Origin: Octopus vulgaris
Taxonomy: Eukaryota
DNA: 64,000 nucleotides
Direction: 5' to 3'
NCBI GenBank assembly: GCA_951406725.2
Contig: OX597817.1
Span: 39,680,001-39,744,000, forward strand
The translations under genes and the position numbers were made by a program. The first letter of the stretch is position 1, and each line of letters starts with the position of its first letter. This document shows, piece after piece, positions 13,233 to 26,600 of the stretch. The notes under the pieces are model-generated. The model was not told the origin of the DNA, made no database searches, and saw only the letters and a program-made list of their open reading frames with translations.

Positions 13233-13815
13233 TTAATAGACCTTGCTTTTATATATATGTATATACATTACTCCTGAATTGAGTTTGACAATTTGATCTC
13301 TGGTTTTCATATATAACTCATCATTTAAAATTTTCTTGTTTATAATTAATTCCTCCTCAATCACCTTGAAACAAATTACTCAATCTTTACCACCACCACT
13401 GCTATTGCTGCAATCATTATCCCCACTCCTAGCCGCTCCCTTCTTGCCTCCTCATCTGTTTCCTCCTCCACAACTCTTCTTTCTTTTCTCCTCTTGAAAT
13501 CAGAGACCTGGTCTGAATATTTGCAGCACAGTTGAATCTGTTATAGTTTCCCAGCTGCCTGCTAGTTGTGCCAGACTGGGTGATGAATTAAGATCACCAC
13601 TCAGGAGCAGGTACACTCACTCTGGTAGTGTTCCAAACCGTTTACAGCTATCCTGTTTCATTCATAGGGTTTAAATTTACCTGAGACTGTACTAGAAACT
13701 GAACATTTTATACATGCTAGTTGGATGAACCTCATAACTCTTTTGATATGAACCTGCCTGAAACCATCCCTAGTTCTAGGACATAAACTTCTAATTCAAA
13801 AGTGATCTGAATTAA

Positions 13816-14033
13816 CCCTTTCATTACCAACCTGGCTGAAACCGGCTCTGGTTTTGAGTACAAATGTCTTGTTTTCATAAGTTTTAAATTAAAACCTTCC
13901 ACCAAACCTTAGTCACAATTTATGTTCCTAACACAAGCTGAATAATAACTAAGTTATTTTACTAAATTCTTTGTTATATTTAAAGTAACTGAAAGAAACA
14001 CAGCATCTCAAAATAAATACAGTAATGAAAGGG
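13816..14033 (+). mobile_element. TTAA-target (piggyBac-like) MITE, family 1
   Basis: TTAA|CCCTTTCATTAC...GTAATGAAAGGG|TTAA; related copies at 27171-27874, 40550-40772 and 58898-59117. Confidence 0.88.
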
Positions 14034-14570
14034 TTAAACTCATCTATCCAAATTTTATATGAATTTGTTCTAAACACCAACTTAAAAATGCCAGTTATTT
14101 TACTAAATTCCTCATTGTTTTCCAAATTAATTGAAACCCAGTACCCCCTGACTGACTCCCATTCCAGTGGCATGTAAAAATCACCCACTACACTCTCAGA
14201 GTGGTTGGTGTTAGGAAGGGCATCCAGCTGTAGAAACATTGCCCAATCAGATTGGAGCCTGGTGCAGCCACTGGCTCTCCAGACCTCAGTCAAACCGTCC
14301 AACCCATGCCAACATGGAAAACGGACGTTAAATGATGATGATGAAGGTAGTATATTTCAACAGAAATATGAAAACAAATGGTTTTATGTGATTAATCCTA
14401 TTCTAAAGTGATTTAGTATTTTGATTCTTGTGGGTCTCATGCAAAAAAAGTATAGGGAAGAATGTTTTGATAAGCAATGTTGTATCTAGTTTCACCTCTT
14501 TACATTCAAATAGATTTTGCCTTTCCTTGATAGAATAAGTTCCAGAGGAAGTAATAATGCTGATATAATA

Positions 14571-14730
14571 CCATATTTTAACGTGTATCAGGAACCCTGA
14601 TTTTGGGGACTTAAAATTTGGAACAAAGGTTCTCGTAAGGGATTATAATACTATCCATGTATAAGAAACTCCCATATTTTTTAAACCTAATTTTTGACAA
14701 AAAGGGTTCCTTATATATGTTAAAATATGG
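14571..14730. mobile_element. TA-flanked pogo/Tc1-like MITE (a second, more decayed one lies at about 14814-15009)
   Basis: TA|CCATATTTTAACGTGTAT...ATATATGTTAAAATATGG|TA. Confidence 0.75.
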
Positions 14731-16126
14731 TAATTGACTAAAACCTTTGAAAGAGATACCTCAGGATGGTTAGTGTCCGATAAGTGGAATCAGTAAAAGA
14801 ATAAAACAAAGTACCATTTTTGATGGCATAAAAGATACTCAGGCATATTAGACACATCCCATTTTCAGCAGTGCATATTCAAGGAGAAAAGGTTTTAGTA
14901 CTTCAAAGCATTTAATGTATGTTGAACTTCATATTTAGGGACCTGGGGTGATTTTTTTAAAGATTTAAAAAAAAAATAAATGCTTTTTACATGCCATCAA
15001 AAAAATACAATGAAAGAAAATGCTTATGAATAGCACAGAGAATATATAGCTACAACATTCTTCTCTCAGCTGAGAGATACTAATCTTTTGGGCTCATGGA
15101 TGCTGGTGTCACACAAAGCACTTGTGACAGTGTCACATAAAGAGCTTGTGCCAGTTCCACATAGAGGTGCTTGTGCTAGTGCCACATAAAAGCACCTGTG
15201 CTAGTGACACGTAAAAGTTCTCTTGCCAGTCCTGCATTGTGCCAGAGCTACTTTAAAGCACCCAGTACACTCTGTAAAGTGGTTGGCATTAGGAAGGATA
15301 TCCAGCTGTAGAAAGTATGCCAAAATAGACAAATGGAGCCCAGACAGCTCTCCAGCTGCTGTCAAACCATCCAATCCATGCCAGCATGGAAAAACGGATG
15401 TTAAATGATGATGATGATGATTGTGGAAGAGCTATACTTGCTATTTAATAGTTTCTAATGTGGGTACAAGGTCAACAATATTGCGGAGAGGGAGCTTAGT
15501 TGATTCCATTGACATTAGTACTTAACTGAAACTTTTTTGTCAACCCCCAGAGGGATGAAAAGCAAAATTAACCATGACAAGATTTGAACCCAGAATGTAA
15601 GGAGTCAGAACAAATATCACAAAGCATTTATTCTGATGCTTTAACAATTCTGTTATCTCACCATCTTATACTAACCGTCTAATAACACACTTTGCTGTTA
15701 AATTAATTTTAAATTTAAATTCATTTCATGTGGTATCAAGATTTTTATTGTACATCTGCGTTCTGCTGACTAACACAGTTCTGACTAACATGGAACTTTC
15801 TCAGTGACCAGGTTACAGTTGTGCAGCAAAAGATTGACACCTCATGAAATTGATTTTTGTTCTAAATTTATATTTATCTCATGTGGTATCAAACATTTTT
15901 ATCACATTACTGCAATCTGATCGTTATATACTTCTATGGGGAAATGGTGTCAGTGACTAAGTTGCAGTTGTGCAACAAAATTTTACATTTCATAAAATAA
16001 ATCTACAATGAATTTCATAGTTTTGTGTGTTGTTAAAATAGCGAGTATGGCTTTTTCATGATGTAGTTGCTTTAGTTGCAACACACATTCTCTAAACAAG
16101 TCAGCTGTTAGATTAGTACAACTCCA

Positions 16127-16724
16127 GAATGGAGGCACATTGCCCAGTGGTTAGAGCATCAGGTTCACAATCATGAGGTAGTGAGTTCGATTCCTAGCCA
16201 AAGCTGTGTTGTATTTTTGAGCAAGACACTTTATTTCACATTGCTTCAGTTCACTCGGCTGAAGAAATGAGTTGCGAGTTACTGACGCCAAGCTGTATCA
16301 GCCTTTGCCTTTCCCTTGGACAACATCAGTGGCATGGAGAGGTGAGCTGGCAGAAAAGTTAACATGCCAGGCGAAATGCTTAGCAGTATTCCGTGTGCTG
16401 TTACATTCTGAGTTCAAATTCTGCCGAGGTCGACTTTGCCTTTCATCCTTTTGGAGTCGATAAATTAAGTACCAGTTACTCACTGGGGTTGATGTAATCG
16501 ACTTAATCCTTTTGTCTGTCCTTGTTTGTTCCCTCTGTGTTTAGCCCCTTGTGGGCAAAAAAGAAATAGTAACACCAGTGGCATGGAGAGGGGAGACTGG
16601 TATGCATGGGCAACTGCTGGTCTTTCCAAAGCAGCCTTGTCCAGACTTATATCTTGGAGGGAAATGTCCTTGGTGCATCCCATGCTGATTCATGACTGAA
16701 GGGGTTCTTTACCCCTTTACTCTT
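16127..16724 (+). mobile_element. tRNA-derived SINE family E with 10-bp TSD, hosting a family B insert
   Basis: TTGCCCAGTGG / GAGTTCGATTCC boxes; (ctttac)n tail; TSD tacaactcca at 16117-16126 and 16725-16734. Confidence 0.82.
16341..16570 (+). mobile_element. SINE family B (GGTGAGCTGGCAGAA head; GCCTTTCATCCTTT..GTCGATAAATTAAGTACCAG core; AAGAAAT tail)
   Basis: TSD of about 21 bp at 16322-16342 / 16571-16591. Other copies near 600-810, 7420-7636, 24365-24715, 33975-34190(-), 39864-40045, 46725-46930, 57700-57897 and 61435-61838(-). Confidence 0.85.
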
Positions 16725-17745
16725 TACAACTCCAAAAGTAAGAAATTTATAATAGGCATAAGATGGCCTTGTTGTTAAGAAACGTTTTTTACAATCATGT
16801 GGTTTTGGGTTCAGTCCACTGCATGGCTCCTAGGGCAATATAGCCCTGAGTCAACTAATGCCTTGTGTGTGAATTTAGTGATGGAAGCTGTGTGGAGGCC
16901 CATTGTATATACATGTATGTGTGTTTGTGTGTTAGTTAGCCACCACTGCTTGACAACTGGCATTGGTTGATTTACATCCTCATAACTTAGCAGTTCTGTA
17001 AAAAGACAGATAGAATAAGCACCAGACTGAAAAAAAAAGACTTAAGTACTGGAGTTGATTTATTTGACTGAAACCTTTCAAAGCTGTGCCCCAGCATGAC
17101 GACAGCTCAGTGACTAAAATAAGTAAACGCGAAAGGAAGATAAATACCATGGACATTCACTGAATTCATATAGCAGAGAATACAGTCAAATGGAAAATGG
17201 TTATCAAGAAGGCTTCATTGTTGATTCATGTCACATTGGTACAATAAATAATTGTTGTTATATGTCTGCTGGTTCTGAAGAAATATAGCTCATATAAACA
17301 CAATAACCAAACAAGGATTGGTGTGAACTGATACAATGGTGAATATATATGCTTAAATAGGTGTGTTGTTATAGACTTTTATGACTAACCTCAAAAAACT
17401 GTTTATTTTGTTGGTCTCTCCATTACATTACATTTTGTCTTTCTAAAGACTAATGTTGGCTTGTTGTATCACCTAGTTTTCTTTCAGGTACCTCATATTC
17501 CACTTTTGATATTTGCTTTGGGAATATTTTCTCTCTGCTTTTAGAATAGAATAATTACTGAAGTTATTTGTTAAACTAGTGAGTACCCAGAGAAAGTCCA
17601 TGGATGATAAATATCTTCTTTTGTAGTAAATTACTTGGAGCATACTGTATTGAAAGGGATAAATTGAATAAAATATACTTTTTTTCTTTAGTATTTAATA
17701 AAATATGTATACAAATTACACTATATGTGTATATATATATATATA

Positions 17746-19016
17746 TTTCTTAGACATTTCCTTAGATCTTAATAAGAATATTTATAAGCCTTATAGGAAG
17801 CCCAATGATAGACTAAGTTATATTAATGTAGGTTCATGCCATCCCCCTATAGTATTCAAAAATTTAGTTAAAAATATTAGTAAGAGGATTTCTAGCCTCT
17901 CCTCTGATAAGGACATCTTCAATAGTGTTGCCCCAGTTTATAATAAGGCTTTAAAAGATAGTGGTTTTAGCGAAAAAATAAAATATACACCCATTACTAG
18001 CCCAACAGTAAGGAAAAGGAATAATAGAAATAGGAAGGTCATCTGGTTTACGCCCCCTTACTCACCCGAGGTGGCCTTCAATATAGGTAAATATTTCCTA
18101 GCACTGATAGATAGACATTTTCCAGTTAACCATACTTATAGGAAACTCTTCAATAGACACAATTTTAAAATTAGTTTTAGTTCCACTACCAATTTTAAAA
18201 ACATAATCAAACATAACATACAAAAAACACAAGAAAACAGCTGTTCATGCAGGAATAAAGAATTGTGCCCGCTAAATGGAGCTTGCATGTCCAAGACCAT
18301 CATATATGAAGCTACCGTAGACTCTATAACCACTAAAGACACCGTTTCGACAAAGAAATACGTGGGCCTTACAGAGGGTAACTTCAAGGCCAGGTTCAAT
18401 AACCACACTTTGAGCTTTAGGCACTGGAACAAAAGAAAAGCGACACAATTATCTAATCATATTTGGTTTTTAAGAGATAAAGGTGTCGATTATAACATAC
18501 ATTGGAAGATTTTGGCCAGATGTAAGCCCTATACCAACGGCAGCGAAAGGTGCGGTCTATGCGACATGGAGAGATGGCTTATCTGGAAAAGCAGCTTAGA
18601 CCCTACTACATGTCTAAACACAAGGACAGAACTTTTTGGATCATGCCCATACGTGACTAAATTTCTGTTACGTTTTTGGTCCCCTAAAGAAAACAGATAG
18701 AACATGCTTTCTATGTTATGTCCCAAGAGGGTTTTTTTTACCTCATCACACCTTCTATCATATATTTTATGTATATTTTTATATATTTTTTATATATTTT
18801 TCATGTATTTTTATGTAATTTTTATGGCGAAAAATGCAAGCGATGTATAAGTACGCAGGCAAGCAGAGTTATAACACAGTAATTTCCCTTTGTATAACGG
18901 TATTTTTTCATAGTGTTTTCAAATAGCCAGATAACCGAAGAGATGTCGTGGATTCCCACTTCGGCATCTGAAACTCAGAGTTTTGACTTGACTATCGAGT
19001 AATGTAACATATTATT
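17746..19016 (+). mobile_element. 5'-truncated Penelope-like retroelement (RT thumb + C-terminal GIY-YIG endonuclease), inserted in (TA)n
   Basis: Open frame 17747-18700 with FLDI..YRKP..HPP (PLE RT end), WFTPPYS, CSCRNKELCPLNGAC, IIYEA...YVGLT..FKARFNNH, CGLC and LNTRTE motifs. (TA)n runs on both sides. Confidence 0.92.
18931..18986 (+). ncRNA. Degenerate minimal hammerhead-ribozyme-like motif in the PLE 3' terminal region
   Basis: cCGAAGA (U4C variant of CUGANGA), stem II gatgtcg/cggcatc, GAAA, short stem III ctc-a-gag, then GUU. PLEs are known to carry minimal HHRs. Confidence 0.5.
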
Positions 19017-19070
19017 TTATATATATATATATATATATAGGCATAGAAGAGGCTGTGTGGTAAGTAGCTA

Positions 19071-19540
19071 TAGGCGTAGGAGTGGCTGCGTGGTAAGTAG
19101 CTTGCTTACGAAACACATGGTTCCAGGTTCAGTTCCACTGTGTGGCACCTTCGTCAAGTGTCTTCTACTATAGCTTCAGGCCAACCAAAGCCTTGTGAGT
19201 GGATTTGGTAGACGGAAACTTGAAGAAGCCCATCGTATATATATATATAATCATGATTCCAATACCCCAACTACTATGCTATGTGCCCTCACATACTATA
19301 TATATATATTTATATATATGTGTGTTTGTGAGTCTATATTTGTCCCTCCAACATCGCTTGACAACTGATGCTGGTGTGTTTACGTCCCCGTAACTTAGCA
19401 GTTTGGCAAAAGAGACTGGTAGAATAAGTACTAGACTTACAAAAATAAGTCTTGGGGTCGATTTGCTTGACTAAAAAGGTGGTGCTCCAGCATGGCCACA
19501 ATCAAATGACTGAAACAAGTAAAAGAGTATAAAGTGAAGA
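19071..19540 (+). mobile_element. SINE family A (tRNA-like head, central TA/TG tract, gtaaaagag tail)
   Basis: A/B-box head GGCTGCGTGGTAAG...GGTTCAGTTCC and core CCTTGTGAGTGGATTTGGTAGACGGAAAC. Other copies: 4549-4990(+), 16755-17140(+), 20053-20355(+), 24043-24310(+), 63716-64000(+). Confidence 0.85.
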
Positions 19541-19969
19541 GTATATATATATTTATATATGTATATATATGTATATATATATTTATATATGTATATATAT
19601 ATTTATATATGTATATATATATATATATAAGTCCATAAGTCCTTACAATCCTGCATAAACCCCTGTATTTTATATATATATATATAGATATAGTTGATTG
19701 ATGGTAGTTTCTCATAGTCAGAGGAAGATGGTTCTGCAATTTCTTGCTGAATGACCTACACAAATGATCTGTTTGTAGTGATCAAATGTATGTACCATAC
19801 ATTAGCTCACTCCCTGCAGCAAATTGATGTTGGTTGAACAGGCACGCAGTGAACAACCTGTCATGTGTCAAAGTGATTGCAGATGAAGTGTTTTGCTCAA
19901 GAACACAACACACCACTATCTTGCAATCATGATCCCAATACCCCAACTACTATGCTATGTGCCCTCACA

Positions 19970-20038
<69 letters not shown>

Positions 20039-21731
20039 GTATATATATATATAGGCATAGGAGTGGCTGTGTGGTAAGTAGCTTGCTTCTGAACCACATG
20101 GTTCCTGGTTCAGTCCCACTGCATGGCACCTTGGGCAAGTGTCTTTTACTATAGCCTCAAGCTGACCAAAGCCTTGTGAGTGGATTTGGTAGACAGAAAC
20201 TGAAAGAAGCCCGTCGTATATATGTATATATATATATATGTATGTATGTTTGTATGTCTGTGTTTGTCTCCCCGCCAAACATTACTTTACAACCGATGCT
20301 GGTGTGTTTATGTCCCCGTAACTTAGTGGTTCAGCAAAAGAGACTGATAGAATACCCCATCCTTTATATACACACACACGCACACACACTATATATATAT
20401 TTAACTTATTTCAGTCATTGGACTGTGGCCATGCTGGGGTACTGCCATGAAGTGACTAGTTAAATAAACCAACCCCAGTACATATTTTTTAAACCACATA
20501 CTATCAGTCTCTTTTGCCAAACCAATAAGTTACAGAGATGTATGTACATACATTTATATGTATGTATGTATCTGTGTGTGTGCATGTATGTGTCTCTCTG
20601 TGTGTATATATGTGTGTGTATAATGTGTCTGTGTGTGTAACATTATAAGTATAATTATACATAAACATGCACACCTGAACAGGGAAGCTTATTATGTACA
20701 TTTCTACTCAGTAATACGGCACAAATGGAATACATAAGGCTATATACAATTTATGCATAGCTTGTTCAACTTGCATGTGTATTTGTTCTACACTGTATTT
20801 AGCTAAACAACCTGTTACTGTTAACATGAAATACAGAAATAATGAAAGTATCACAACTTGTCGCTGTTTCCATGAAATTCAGATATAGCGAAAGTACAAT
20901 AGCAGCTAATTACTTTATATGTACATGTTGGGAATGGACCGACAGAGAGATGAAGACACACTATTAATTATACTGGTGCATTACTGGAAAATTTTTGTAA
21001 TACAAAATAATATTTCATTTTTAATTCAGCACGAGAATACACACTAACCCTTATTGTAGTGGCTAAATATACACATACAGAATTAATTAATTCGTATTCT
21101 TTGAGGTGTCTTATTATTTGACGATTGTTAGATTACTAGGAAATTTTTCTTCTAATATGAAATATATGAAATTTCATTTTATTATTAATTCTACATGAGA
21201 ATTTATACTTAACCTTGTTGTAAGATGCTAAATATCTATCAGTCTTTCCTTCTTTCCTTCCTTCTTTCTTTCTTTCTTTCTTTCTCTATGTGTGTGTGCA
21301 TGTATGTTTATATATATATATTTATATATATATAAATGCATACACTCACGTGTTTGTGTGTGTATATATATATACATCATTTAATGTACACATTTATCTC
21401 TCACTCTCACTAGATGGAGTATCACACACACACAGATACACATAATTAATTCATATTCTCTGAAATGTGTTATTTATTTTTTTTATGGTTACTATTTTAT
21501 CAGTTCCCATCAAAATTACAAAAGTTAGGTAGTATAAATTAAAAAATAAAATCAGCCAGTAGTATAGATTCTGTGAGAATGTCTGGCTGTGAGACATTTC
21601 TCTATCTCTATAAATGGCACAGATAACACACTGAGGTGAAAAGACACGCCAAGTAAAATTTATGACTTTTTTCAAGAAGTTTATCATAAACTAATAAATG
21701 TCTGCCTTAACATGCTCCGAATGTGTGCCCA

Positions 21732-21766
<35 letters not shown>

Positions 21767-21935
21767 TTAGCAAGTCTTAATAGACATTCAAGCTTTCTCT
21801 CACACACTCACACATACTCTCATATATTCCTGTACCTACATACTCACACACACATACACATACAGTCACTCACATATGCACACACATGCACACACACACA
21901 CTTATACATACCTCACTACCACACACACACACACA

Positions 21936-21970
<35 letters not shown>

Positions 21971-23563
21971 ACATACACACACACACATACACATTTATCA
22001 TAATCATTGTTTTAATGTCCCTTTTCCCTTGCTGGCAAGTGTTAGGTTAGCCTAAAGTATGGTATTAGACCATTCCTTTGATCCTGTTTCATGTAACAAC
22101 ATATTTATTTGATTAAGCTGCAGGCCTGTTGACTCTTATGTGAGTGCAGGCTAGGTTGTGACTATGTTGTTAACTGGTTTGCTTTATTACAACAATGCTG
22201 ATTCAGGTTCAATCCCATTGTGTGGTGCCTTGGGCAAGTGTTGTTTTAATATTGTCATGGATCCACCAAAACCTTGAGAGAGAAATTTGGTGGACAGAAA
22301 TTGTGCTGAAGCTTGTTGGAAAGTTCTTTCCAGTTCTTCAGGGTTGGAGATATCTTAACTTATCACTCAGTTTAACACACTATGTGAGGCTTAGGTACCT
22401 TTGGTAGGATCCAGTATGTTGCAAGTGTTGTGATCAAAAATCCAATCTAAAGATAACTTCTTCCTTTCCTTTCATTATTCTCAGAAATCTGGGAAAGGAC
22501 CATGGAGCCTTATGCTTCTTCCTCTGGCTTAGCCATTGAAAAAGTCCCCTTCCTTACTGTCATCATCATTTAAAGTCTATGTTCCATACTGGCATGGGTT
22601 GGATGGTTTGATGGAATCCAACAGGTTCAAGGACTGCATCATGCATGATTCACTGTCTACTTTGGCACGGTTTCTGCAGCTGGTTGCCCTTCTTAGTGCT
22701 AACTACTTTACACTATGTACTGGATGCTGACCAAAATCTTGTGAGTTCATATCACTTAGACATACAGTGCAACTGTCTGCTTTCCGTATCTACATATGTT
22801 TAATGGCCTATGTTTTACTATCTGTATGCCTGTCAGTCTACACCAATGTTGGAGTATCCTTCATTGAAGAAATGCCAAATGTAATAGACATTTTCTTTAA
22901 AAATCTCCACAAAATAGGAATCTCATTCACATAGAAAGTGTTGAAAATTATTAATTTAGGGAGAACATACATCCTTATAAGGATTATATCAATACAGAAA
23001 AATAACCTTACAAAAGGAAGCTATGTTCATTCACGTAGAAACTGTTATCTCTGAATCTTTAGCACACACAAAACATGTGAGGTTACTATGTGCATTGCAA
23101 CAATAGGAACCATACCAAAGATTTTGTAATGTTTCTTTAACCAAGACTCCTCCTGCTTTGAACTAAGTAAAAATAGTTGGCATCATTTATGTATCACAGT
23201 AAAATGCTTATTTGTTCACCCAGTTGGGAAGTGTTTCCAATCTCTACTATTACAGAAACAAATCAATAAGAGATGGAGGGAGGGAGAGAGTGAAGCATGT
23301 GATTAGCTGATCAGCTAGAGATAGTAACTCACTCCACCTCAAATGACATCCTACCATCGTAGAAGGAACAGACTGGATAATGTTGTCCAAAATACATTAT
23401 GTCTGGAAAAAAAAAATAAAAGGGATGGCCAGTTGGAATATCTTTGATTATAGGTCTGCTTGTAAAAGAATATATATGTCAGTTGTACAGAAAATGTGAA
23501 ATAAGGTGTAAATATCATAGAATTGTGTTATTAATATCCTGAATATATGGTGATACAATGTTA

Positions 23564-23575
23564 CTACTGCTGCTG

Positions 23576-23610
<35 letters not shown>

Positions 23611-23620
23611 GCTACTGCTG

Positions 23621-23661
<41 letters not shown>
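23564..23661. repeat. (CTA/CTG)n microsatellite
   Basis: Direct reading. Confidence 0.95.
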
Positions 23662-23662
<1 letters not shown>

Positions 23663-26600
23663 ACAAAATATTAAATATTAAACAACTTACAAAATATTAA
23701 AGAAATTGGTCACCAAAGGAGTGTCAGTGCAATTGTTTGACCTGTTAGAAAGAGCTGCCAGATCCACATCAAATTATCCCATACCATATTTAAAAAGGAA
23801 GGAAGGACATTTTGGATAATGTGTCCCTTTATACACTATGTTTGAAAGATAAAGAAATGTGATATTCATGGGTGGCATAACTTTGAACATAAGTCTGTTT
23901 GATCAGGTCTGACCTAAAATTAAACAATAACAACAAATAAAGAAACAGTTTCAAAGAAAATAAAACTATATTGTAACTATTACTGGTTAATACTCTACTA
24001 TAGAAAAAAATCAGTGAAATATAATATAATATAATATAATGTAAGCATAGGAGTGGCTGTGTGGTAAGTAGCTTGCTTGCCAACCACATGGTTCCAGATT
24101 CAGTCCCACTGGGCAAGTGACTTCTACTATAACCTTGGCCGACTAAAGCTTTGAGTGGATTTGGTAGATGGAAACTGAAAGAAGCCCGTCATATATATGT
24201 GTGTGTGTGTGTATATGTTTGTGTGTCTGTGTTTGTCCCCCCAACATCACCTGACAACCGATGCTGGTGTGTTTATGTCCCCATAACTTAGCAGTTCGGT
24301 AAAAGGGAACTGTTATAGTGGTGCTACTGCATTCCTTAGGGAATCAACTAATTGCCTATGTTTAAGGCAGTAAGCTGACAGAATTGCTAGCATACTGGGC
24401 AACATGCTTAGCTTCTTCTGTCGTTATGTTCTGAGTCCAAATTCTACTAGGGTTGACTTTGCCTTTCATCCTTACAGGGTTGATAAAACAAGTTCTATTC
24501 AAGCACTGGGGTCAATGTAATCGACTACTCCCCTCCCATGAAATTTCAGGCCTGATGCTTATAACAGAAAGGATTATTATTCTGAGCGCAACATTCCCTT
24601 TCATCCTTTCAGGGTTGATAAAATAATTACCAGTTGAACACTGGGGTCAATGTAACCAACTTAGACCCACCCCATCCAAAATTGTTGGCCTTGTGTCAGA
24701 ATTAGAAACCAATTAATTGCCTATGTCTGAAATTTATGGCCATCATCTCCAATGCTACTGTTACCCTCCTGGATATCTCTGTCACTATTGAAAACACATT
24801 TCTATCTCTATTCCTCACACACACACACACACGAACACCCTACTTTTCTTCTCACCCTGCTCGCACTACAACTGCCATACCATTCTTGCAATTTCGTTGA
24901 TTCTGATAACTTTGTAGTTAAAACACAGATTTTATTGATTTTTTTTCTTCTTTTCCAAATCTAATGAAATGCACCATTTCTTCCCAACATGGGGTTACTC
25001 TGTACCCTGAGTCAACTTTGCATTCCAGTGATCCCAGGTCACTAACAAAGCCTCTGTACATTTGCCCTAAACACACATACACCATCCCAAAGACAGTATT
25101 CTCTTTTCTACAACGTTTCTGTGCCAGTGGCACGTAAAAAGCACCATTCAAGCATGATCGTTCCTAATCCTCCTCTCATCTCTTTCAAACGGTACAAAAA
25201 TCTCCATTAATCTCTTATTTAAAAACTCCTTTCCCTCCTGTTATACAACCCAGCACCTTTAGAGGTTCCCATCTGCTATGTTACTCTTCTCTCTTTATGT
25301 CTGCCAGCAGACTCATAATTGATTCCAAAACTTAGTTCAGTGCCTCTGATCGTTTTGATTACACATTCACTGCCATTTTGATTTTCTCTGTGGGTGAAGT
25401 CAAACGTCATTTAAGTGACTGATTCTGTAAATACTTTCACAGTGTTCGGTATCGCACTCAAGTAACCTCCAAAGTTGTGGCTAGACATTTTTGTTTGTCA
25501 GACCATTTCTTCAACCATCTTTCTGTGTATAAAATTATGTGACGAGGGAAGGAATAATGTGTGTGTGAAAGAGATAGAGAGATAAAGGATGGGTGAATGA
25601 AAGGACTGAAGGACAGCAATACATGGCTGTCATCTTTAGAAAACACTTGATTAAAAACATTTCAACCTGCTTGTCAGAAAATGTCTTTCTAAATACATCA
25701 GAGCTATGTATATTAATAGATTTGCTGTACAATTTAGTGACACTCTGAAATTAAATTCTTAGGAATCTTGGTACAATCATACATGCAGACACATGGTGAT
25801 ATGCAGAACACCTACATGCTGTTAATGTCGTCGGCGGTGTCACTTTAATGTTCACTTCTCCAGGCTTGTGTGGGTCAGACAGAATTTTTTGAATCAGTTT
25901 TTCTATTGCACGATGCCCTTCTTGTTTTAACAAACTTCATCTGTTTCCAAGTAAGGTAATATATCCCCATGACCAGATATTCTTTCTCTGAAGATTGGAA
26001 AGAAGGATACCATTTGCATGACAGTAACATTCATTTTGCAACTATCATGCAAAGTCAAGGCAAGAAAATGGTAACGCACACATGCATGCATGCATGCATG
26101 ATGGACTTTCAATTTCTGCCTACCAAATTCACTCACAAGGCTTTGGTCAAGCTAGGACTATAGTAGAAGACACCTGCCCAAGGTGCCACACAGTGGAGCT
26201 GATCGTGAACTCATGTTGGGAAGCAATCTTCTTACCACACAGCCATACCTGCACCTGTATCTATAAGTAATATTACTGAACTCACCTGAATAACTCAGAA
26301 CTTCTCAGCTCATGGTCTGAACTGGTTCATGGATCAGCTTTTGGAAGTTCTAATTAAAATGCTAGGTTTCAATGTAGCTAGCAGTATTCATGGGTAGTAG
26401 ACCTAACCCATCACCTGGTTTAGCATCATTGCTTGGCACTGTGGTTACTTTTAGTGGATGAATCCATTCTGTTGCAAGCATTTAAACCAGGCTTCCATTG
26501 ACTTCTTCCCTTTTTGTAAGACTGGAGACTGACTCATTCGAATTATGTTGTGTAGATATGAATATAACTAGCATTCTGTCAGTTGTGATGACAAGGGTTC

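Noticed and set aside
17705-17746. ATG start of the 331-aa ORF
   Set aside because: The first 14 codons come from flank and (TA)n; PLE similarity begins at FLDI, so this is a 5'-truncated element rather than a gene.
21570-21720. Possible internal promoter (TATA/MEF2/CArG-like ctataaatgg) in non-repetitive intron sequence
   Set aside because: A single mismatched short motif in AT-rich DNA with no linked first exon; it cannot be supported without TSS data.
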